64,000 nucleotides of DNA, from the IMG/VR virus record IMGVR_UViG_3300021962_007611, positions 70 through 64,069 of that record; one strand, written 5' to 3'. The position numbers and the translations under genes are program-made. Below, piece by piece: positions 58,259-64,000 of the stretch. This DNA comes from a virus (taxonomy: Duplodnaviria; Caudoviricetes). Every line of letters starts with the position of its first letter. The first letter of the stretch is position 1. The notes beneath the pieces are model-generated. The model worked only from the letters and a program-made list of their open reading frames with translations. It was not told where the DNA came from and ran no database searches.

Positions 58259-58462
58259 ATGAAACCGCAAGTTGAGAAAATTTTTGACGATCTCGACCGT
58301 TACTTAGATTTTTGCCGTTTTGAGTTGCGTGATTTTAATCCCGCACATCTATATAACAAAGATAATGAAAATTATCGTGCGTTCGTAAACAGTCAACGTC
58401 CACCAAGACGTTGGGATAATAATAACCGAGGCTATAAGCCTTATCAAAAGCGTTATGGCTAA
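58259..58462 (+). CDS. hypothetical protein
   Basis: IFDDLDRYLDFCR; AAGGA SD. Confidence 0.65.
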   Translation: MKPQVEKIFDDLDRYLDFCRFELRDFNPAHLYNKDNENYRAFVNSQRPPRRWDNNNRGYKPYQKRYG

Positions 58463-59549
58463 AATATTTCTTGTTGACTTAGAAGCCGTTGAAACAAGAT
58501 ATACAGGCGAGTGGAAATCCCACTTGCCTGCCTTGCTGCGAAAGAGAGGACACGATGTTCAAGTTATATCTGGCCCTGAGGATATTCCTGCTGCCACTAC
58601 TCCTGGCGCCTTTCTTAATTTTGGGGGGACTAATATATACAAGTCTCGACAAGTTGAAGAATTCAGTCGTTTATTTACATCCGGATCAGTTAAGCATGGG
58701 GATCATTTTATTTTTACTGATGCTTGGCATCCTGGCATCATAAATTTAAAATACATGAGCGAACTTCTTGGTATTAAGATCAAGATCCATGCTCTATGGC
58801 ATGCTGGTAGTTATGATCCTCAAGACTTCTTAGGAAGACTTATTGGTAATGCTCCGTGGGTTAGGCATGCCGAGAAATCATTCTTCGCAGCCATTGACCA
58901 TAATTACTTTGCCACTAACTTTCATATTGACATGTTCCATCATAATCTACTAAATGACGGGCTTGTTGAAAATCCTTGGGAAGAAGAAGATAAAGCAGAT
59001 ATGCTAGAAAGTGGAAAATATGTCCGCTCAGGATGGCCTATGGAGTATATGGCAGATACATTGCTGATGTATAAGAATATGCCTAAGCGTGATCTTATTC
59101 TTTTCCCGCATCGCATCGCTCCAGAAAAGCAATTACCGATCTTTGAAGATCTTAAAAAGCATTTGCCGCAATATGAATTCCGTGTATGTCAAGAATATCC
59201 GCTGACTAAAAACGAATATCATAACCTATTAGGTGAATCTAAACTGGTATTCAGTGCTAATCTACAAGAAACACTAGGTATCAGTTGGTATGAAGGTGCG
59301 ATAGTTGATGCTATTCCCATGGTTCCGGACAGACTAAGTTATAGTGAGATGGCATTTGATACATTTAAATATCCCTCAGAGTGGACGGAGAGTTACGAAT
59401 CCTACGAAGTTCATAGAAAAGAAGTTTGTCATAAGATTGTCCAGTATATGGAAAATTATGAAAAATTCCTTCCAAGCCTAAATAAACAGGTACATGCGTT
59501 AACTGAGAATTATTTCAGTTGCGACAATCTATTAAAGATGTTAAAATAA
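58455..59549 (+). CDS. GT-B glycosyltransferase
   Basis: FPHRIAPEKQ, QETLGISWYEG, PDRLSY.E. Confidence 0.7.
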   Translation: MAKIFLVDLEAVETRYTGEWKSHLPALLRKRGHDVQVISGPEDIPAATTPGAFLNFGGTNIYKSRQVEEFSRLFTSGSVKHGDHFIFTDAWHPGIINLKYMSELLGIKIKIHALWHAGSYDPQDFLGRLIGNAPWVRHAEKSFFAAIDHNYFATNFHIDMFHHNLLNDGLVENPWEEEDKADMLESGKYVRSGWPMEYMADTLLMYKNMPKRDLILFPHRIAPEKQLPIFEDLKKHLPQYEFRVCQEYPLTKNEYHNLLGESKLVFSANLQETLGISWYEGAIVDAIPMVPDRLSYSEMAFDTFKYPSEWTESYESYEVHRKEVCHKIVQYMENYEKFLPSLNKQVHALTENYFSCDNLLKMLK

Positions 59550-59582
59550 CTATTACATGACATCCACGTCATTAACTCGGAG
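59519..59582 (+). promoter_or_regulatory. sigma70 promoter and small leader hairpin of folE
   Basis: TTGCGA-17 nt-TAAAAT; AUGAC-AUCCAC-GUCAU hairpin; GGAG SD. Confidence 0.45.
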
Positions 59583-59590
59583 AACAATAA

Positions 59591-60415
59591 TTGACCAGCG
59601 AATTTAAACCAGATCCTATCATAAACGAACCCATCGATAGATCCTTTAAGAAAGATGAATACGAACCTCTAGGTAAAGAAGTATATGTAAAAGCTTCAGA
59701 TATGATGTCTGATAAAGGCTATCAAGAAGCATACTTAGGCGATGCGATCCGCTTTAAGATGAAACGTGATAAAAAACGTTTCTGGGCAGGCGATAACATC
59801 AGTGACTATATTAGCGAAGAAGATAAAGCAAAGCTAATCGACGAAGCAACCGAAGCATTTGAACTAGTGCTCGATAGGTTACTTATTGATCGAGAAAACG
59901 ATCCTAATAGTCAGGGCACAGCACGTCGGTTGGCTAAAATGTATTTTAACGAAATAATGGCAGGTAGATATGACCCAGCACCAGACGCAACAAGTTTCCC
60001 CAACGATTCGGCGGATCGTTATGAAGGTATGTTGGTTGTTCGTAGCGAGCTTCGCAGTATGTGTAGCCATCATCACCAACCCGTTAGTGGCGTTGCTTAT
60101 ATTGGTATTATTGCGGCTCAGAAACTCATCGGACTTAGCAAGTATACAAGGATCGCTCAGTGGTGTGCCCGTCGAGGTACTCTCCAGGAGGAACTTGCTA
60201 ATGACATTGCTAGGGAAATCGAAAAAGCCACAGGAGCCAAAGACCTAGGCGTGTATATTCAAGCAGTACATGGATGCTGCGAGAATCGCGGCATCATGGC
60301 GCATTCATCATTGACTCAAACTACAGTATTAAAAGGTGCTTTCAAAGAAGATGGCGATACTAAGAAAGAGTTCTTTGACAATATTAAACTACAACAGGAG
60401 TTTGCCCCGAGATGA
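59591..60415 (+). CDS. folE: GTP cyclohydrolase I
   Basis: TARRLAKMY, SMCSHH, IGLSKY.R, LQE, HGCC..RG. Confidence 0.93.
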   Translation: MTSEFKPDPIINEPIDRSFKKDEYEPLGKEVYVKASDMMSDKGYQEAYLGDAIRFKMKRDKKRFWAGDNISDYISEEDKAKLIDEATEAFELVLDRLLIDRENDPNSQGTARRLAKMYFNEIMAGRYDPAPDATSFPNDSADRYEGMLVVRSELRSMCSHHHQPVSGVAYIGIIAAQKLIGLSKYTRIAQWCARRGTLQEELANDIAREIEKATGAKDLGVYIQAVHGCCENRGIMAHSSLTQTTVLKGAFKEDGDTKKEFFDNIKLQQEFAPR

Positions 60416-60627
60416 ATTCTGTAGATATGGCTAACGATCTAATTAATCGTGCGAAAAATTTAAAAAAGTTTGAAGTAAAGCGTATGCTAGAAGATGGTAT
60501 ACTGTTTAATGGTCCTGTGCCTTTTGATGTCAAAGGCAAAGACGATTGCTTTTGGATCTATGCGTATGCTGTTACGCAGGAAGAAGCAGAAGCAAAAGTA
60601 GATATGTGGCTACAAGATAAAACATGA
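60412..60627 (+). CDS. hypothetical protein
   Basis: 71 aa, ATGA overlaps. Confidence 0.6.
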   Translation: MNSVDMANDLINRAKNLKKFEVKRMLEDGILFNGPVPFDVKGKDDCFWIYAYAVTQEEAEAKVDMWLQDKT

Positions 60628-60743
60628 TTTGGTATATATTAGCTCTAATCTGCGGAGTCATTAGTATAGTAAGCATGGATCATGTTGTACTAGCACTAGG
60701 TCTTATTTTTTCAGTAATAGGAATAATAAGAGAACGCCAATGA
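60624..60743 (+). CDS. 39-aa membrane peptide (not in the ORF track)
   Basis: MIWYILALICGVISIVSMDHVVLALGLIFSVIGIIRERQ; ATGA overlaps on both sides. Confidence 0.5.
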   Translation: MIWYILALICGVISIVSMDHVVLALGLIFSVIGIIRERQ

Positions 60744-61177
60744 CACAAGCACTGAGAGACGATCTCATGGTACAACAGCAGTTGCCGGCCACCGATCGTC
60801 GAGAGTGGGCTTGGCAACATATGGTAGCTGTTATCATGCTAAATCAAACTGGGCGAAAAGCAGTCAAATATGTGCTGCCTCTTTTCTTAGATCGTTGGCC
60901 AGGACCTGGAGAGTTTCTTTGGGCTATGGAAGATGAAGTTAAAGAAGTAATTTGGCCTTTAGGAATGTATAACACTCGTTTCAAAAGACTCAAACGAATG
61001 ACTGCCGATTTCTTGACTTGGGACGGAAACGATGCTACAATGTTATACGGCATTGGCAAATACGGTAGCGATAGTTATGAAATCTTTTTCAAACAAAACT
61101 ACACAGTTGAGCCTACGGATAAAGAACTAAAACGCTATCTTGAAGAAGAGGTATTTAATGTTGTTGAAACTGCTTGA
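60740..61177 (+). CDS. MBD4-like HhH-GPD DNA glycosylase
   Basis: IMLNQT, PLGMY..R, LYGIGKYGSDSYEIF, PTDKEL. Confidence 0.8.
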   Translation: MTQALRDDLMVQQQLPATDRREWAWQHMVAVIMLNQTGRKAVKYVLPLFLDRWPGPGEFLWAMEDEVKEVIWPLGMYNTRFKRLKRMTADFLTWDGNDATMLYGIGKYGSDSYEIFFKQNYTVEPTDKELKRYLEEEVFNVVETA

Positions 61178-61622
61178 ACGACTAGGCCGTAAACGTATCA
61201 TCATGGATAGGGTCGATAACGAACCCTACCTAGAACGCTACTATCTTTTTCTTAAAGATCGCGAGCGTTTTCCCTTTAACATATTCTTACATAAGTTCTT
61301 AAAAGGTGATCCTGATGATGTTCACGATCATCCATGGCCGTATGCTACACTAATTCTCGCTGGTGGTTACTACGAATGGGTACTAGTGTTTAACACCCTA
61401 GGTAAAAAAATTAACGAAATAAAATACTGGCGTGGGCCCGGTCATTTCAGAATTTGTAGTCCGAACAGTTATCATCGCATCGAGCTAAAAGATGGAGTAA
61501 CTGCTTGGACGTTATTCATGCCCGGGCCTCAAAAAAGAGATTGGGGATTTCTTGTTAACGATCAATGGATACAAAACGAAAAATATATAGCACAACGTAA
61601 GGAGTCTAATGTTAAAGCGTAA
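61158..61622 (+). CDS. cupin-fold protein
   Basis: HDHPW, GGYYE, YHRI, WTLF. Confidence 0.7.
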   Translation: MLLKLLERLGRKRIIMDRVDNEPYLERYYLFLKDRERFPFNIFLHKFLKGDPDDVHDHPWPYATLILAGGYYEWVLVFNTLGKKINEIKYWRGPGHFRICSPNSYHRIELKDGVTAWTLFMPGPQKRDWGFLVNDQWIQNEKYIAQRKESNVKA

Positions 61623-62178
61623 AGTTAGTTGGATAGAATTCCAAGGATTAGTTTCAAAAATTTGCCGAGATATCAGTTTAGGTAGTTGGCGTCCCGATTA
61701 TGTAGTTGGTATTACACGGGGAGGTCTTCTTCCTGCTGTTATGATCAGTCAATATTTTAATATACCTTGCGAAGCATTGAAAGTAAGTCTCAGAGACAAC
61801 GGTGGTGAACATGCTACTGAAAGCAATCTGTGGATGGCTGAAGATGCTTTCGGAAATCCCCACCACGAAGTTGATTTCTATGAAGGCAATCCTATGTCTT
61901 TGTTTGAAAACGACACAGCCAAACAGATATTAATCGTCGACGATATTAACGATACTGGAGCTACCATTAATTGGATTTTAAAAGATTGGCCTAGCGGATG
62001 CTTCCCCAATGATCCAGAATGGGACAATATATGGAACAATAACGTTCGGTTCGCTACTATATTTGATAATCTAGCCAGCAAGTCTGAAGTTAAGATGGAT
62101 TACGTCGGTGAAGAAATTAATAAAGCAGAAAAACCTGTATGGATTGAGTTTCCTTTCGAAGAATGGTGGACAAAATGA
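61609..62178 (+). CDS. purine phosphoribosyltransferase-like protein
   Basis: VGITRGGLLPA, ILIVDDINDTGAT PRPP loop, WIEFPFE. Confidence 0.85.
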   Translation: MLKRKVSWIEFQGLVSKICRDISLGSWRPDYVVGITRGGLLPAVMISQYFNIPCEALKVSLRDNGGEHATESNLWMAEDAFGNPHHEVDFYEGNPMSLFENDTAKQILIVDDINDTGATINWILKDWPSGCFPNDPEWDNIWNNNVRFATIFDNLASKSEVKMDYVGEEINKAEKPVWIEFPFEEWWTK

Positions 62179-62402
62179 TAGATGCTAAAATAAAAATTCG
62201 CTGTACAGACAATGGTAAAGATGTCGAAGCACATATTCTTAATTATAAACCTCGAGCGTTTTTAGAAGTAGCATTTCAAACTGTAAAGCTTCGTATGGTA
62301 TACAAAGAAAATACAAAGGTATTCTTCGGAAGCCTTATGGGGAGAGAATTTGTTATTAAAGAAGATTCATTGCCGCAAGAACGTAAGGAATTTCAACGAT
62401 GA
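62175..62402 (+). CDS. hypothetical protein
   Basis: ATGA-coupled ORF. Confidence 0.6.
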   Translation: MIDAKIKIRCTDNGKDVEAHILNYKPRAFLEVAFQTVKLRMVYKENTKVFFGSLMGREFVIKEDSLPQERKEFQR

Positions 62403-62797
62403 ACGACGATACTGTTAAAGTTATAAAGGATCAGCCTCCTTTTATTGAGGACGGCGATGCTCCCTGGGACAATCTCATCGAAGAAGATTATCATGTTAAA
62501 GTGTTCGCTGACAAATATCCAGTAACAGAAGGTCACGTTTTATTTGTGCCTAAATATAACACGGTAGCAGTACTTATGGATGCGTTTGAATATGCCGTAG
62601 TAGACGGATTAAAGATGGTTAAAGATGGAAGGTGCGACGGGTTTAATATTGGATTTAATTATGGCACGGCAGCTGGTCAGACAGTTCCATGGCCACACGT
62701 TCATTTAATTCCCCGGCGTACCGGAGATATGGAAGATCCCACAGGGGGTGTAAGACATGTTATTCCTGAAAAGGGAAATTATAGGAAATCAAAATGA
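62399..62797 (+). CDS. HIT family nucleotide hydrolase
   Basis: DKYPVTEGH, GFNIG.N.G.AAGQTV, HVHLIPR. Confidence 0.88.
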   Translation: MNDDTVKVIKDQPPFIEDGDAPWDNLIEEDYHVKVFADKYPVTEGHVLFVPKYNTVAVLMDAFEYAVVDGLKMVKDGRCDGFNIGFNYGTAAGQTVPWPHVHLIPRRTGDMEDPTGGVRHVIPEKGNYRKSK

Positions 62798-62997
62798 AAA
62801 AAGAAATCGTAGAAACATTGAAGCAACATTTCGGAGCACACATTCTTAAGCATAAAATGAATGTTGATATCATGTTAGCCAATCCTATGGCTATTCACGA
62901 TCACACAGATCTAATGGATGCTATCGAAAAAGAAGTTAATCAGATTGCTGAATATATGGATAAACTTGAAGTAATGGAAAAATATTTTAATGACTGA
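62794..62997 (+). CDS. hypothetical protein
   Basis: 67-aa helical ORF. Confidence 0.6.
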   Translation: MKKEIVETLKQHFGAHILKHKMNVDIMLANPMAIHDHTDLMDAIEKEVNQIAEYMDKLEVMEKYFND

Positions 62998-63184
62998 AAT
63001 TAAAATACCCTGGAAAAATCAAAGTAATGTTTTTTGGAACGAAACATGTGCCAAAATTCTTGAACACTTTGGTTTACCGGGGGACAAATACACTACTGAA
63101 GTATCCGCCGACGATATGAGATTCTTTTTTAAAAATGAAAAAGATGCTTTCTTTTGCAAGCTAATGATCAGCGAGGAAATATGA
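62990..63184 (+). CDS. hypothetical protein
   Basis: WNETCA..LEHFGLPG. Confidence 0.6.
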   Translation: MTEIKIPWKNQSNVFWNETCAKILEHFGLPGDKYTTEVSADDMRFFFKNEKDAFFCKLMISEEI

Positions 63185-63384
63185 GAGACAGGATTATCAT
63201 AATCATAGCGGTGATATTTTGTGTATTCATTATGTTAACTTCCGACTTAGGAAACCCGCGGACTAAAATTTATGATTGTACTATATCCGAAATTAGCCCC
63301 GACTTTCCTATCGAAGTCAAAGAAGAGTGTCGTAGATTACGAAGAGAATATCACGAAAAAAATAACAGCAGGTATACTACATGA
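63181..63384 (+). CDS. membrane-anchored small protein
   Basis: N-terminal TM segment; YDC..SEISPDFP.EVKEECR. Confidence 0.65.
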   Translation: MRDRIIIIIAVIFCVFIMLTSDLGNPRTKIYDCTISEISPDFPIEVKEECRRLRREYHEKNNSRYTT

Positions 63385-64000
63385 GTAGAGCATTATTTTT
63401 AGGCGATAGTCATACGTGCGGATACGTAACTATTCCTGGTAAGGTCGGGGTTGGCAGTTATAGTATGTGGAACGATAATAGTTACGCAGAGTCATATGCT
63501 GAAGCTTTTTCTAAGCCAACATCAGTGTATGCGTTGCCGGGTGTATGTAATCGAATGTATCCAGATTGGTTACGTGTTATGTTAGATAAACACCCCGACA
63601 TTGACGAGGTGTATGTTTTATTATCTAGTTTTAATAGATTTGTTCTTGCGTTTAACGAAACTCTTTCGCAAGATACATTACCAGCAGATTTTTTTACACT
63701 GAAACACGAAAAAAAGAATCTGTTAGTTGATCTGTATTATGATCAAATATTTAGAGACGATCGTTTTCAACTTCTTAATAAACCAACATTTGAGGATTTT
63801 GGAAAAATTGCTGATATTAATTTTGACTACCAGAATGGTTTACTGAAACCAGATCTCCGAAAAGATACATTTATGGATGTAAAATTATTCTTTGATCTAA
63901 ATACCCATCTAGAACAAAGAGATTTTTTTAAAGATGTGCTTGTTATGGATAGGATGTGTGAGGATCACGGTTGTAAACTCTATCTGTTTAATATGACTGA
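63381..64000 (+). CDS. SGNH/GDSL-like protein, truncated by the window end
   Basis: MSRALFLGDSHTCG N-terminal block; frame appears open to the window edge. Confidence 0.6.
   Translation, partial: MSRALFLGDSHTCGYVTIPGKVGVGSYSMWNDNSYAESYAEAFSKPTSVYALPGVCNRMYPDWLRVMLDKHPDIDEVYVLLSSFNRFVLAFNETLSQDTLPADFFTLKHEKKNLLVDLYYDQIFRDDRFQLLNKPTFEDFGKIADINFDYQNGLLKPDLRKDTFMDVKLFFDLNTHLEQRDFFKDVLVMDRMCEDHGCKLYLFNMT

Noticed and set aside
1-64000. Stop-codon reassignment as in some jumbo phages
   Set aside because: Known genes are full length in code 11, and TAA, TGA and TAG all terminate genes
1-64000. Bacterial chromosome or integrated prophage
   Set aside because: Host-like genes are interspersed with virion genes, T4-like late boxes and PolB/clamp loader; no integrase or host boundary is visible

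Overview
This window is a gene-dense segment of a large T4-like (myovirus-type) dsDNA phage genome. It uses the standard genetic code. The host is probably a proteobacterium, judged from the IscU/IscA/ErpA/PBP7-like genes (inference). Order of modules: early hypothetical genes (1-3.9 kb); tail-fibre-like genes, glycosyltransferases and queD (3.9-12 kb); uvsE, Fe/Mn-SOD, iscU and iscA (12.4-15.8 kb); a virion structural block with a 2838-aa protein (16.2-30 kb); replication and auxiliary genes (mini-DnaE, groES, MazG-like, PBP7-like, clamp loader, dCMP deaminase, phoH); a GH19/spanin/holin lysis cassette; dnaJ-def-clpA; a late cluster of probable capsid-internal proteins (43.3-50 kb); family B DNA polymerase; and a 7-deazaguanine DNA-modification neighbourhood (dpdA-like TGT, dpdL-like T-fold protein, glycosyltransferase, folE, MBD4-like glycosylase, cupin, PRTase, HIT). 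Near-consensus sigma70 promoters and T4-like late TAAATA boxes are both visible. The top leads are: (1) a probable deazaguanine hypermodification pathway with an embedded glycosyltransferase and preQ1-riboswitch-like RNA leaders; (2) a T4 CTS/gp21-like 'leader + [ILV]-x-E' scheme that seems to route enzymes and polyprotein modules into the capsid; (3) four phycobiliprotein-like C-x-R-D repeats in the giant virion protein; (4) several structured RNA elements. All calls come from motif recognition by eye; no database searches were run.
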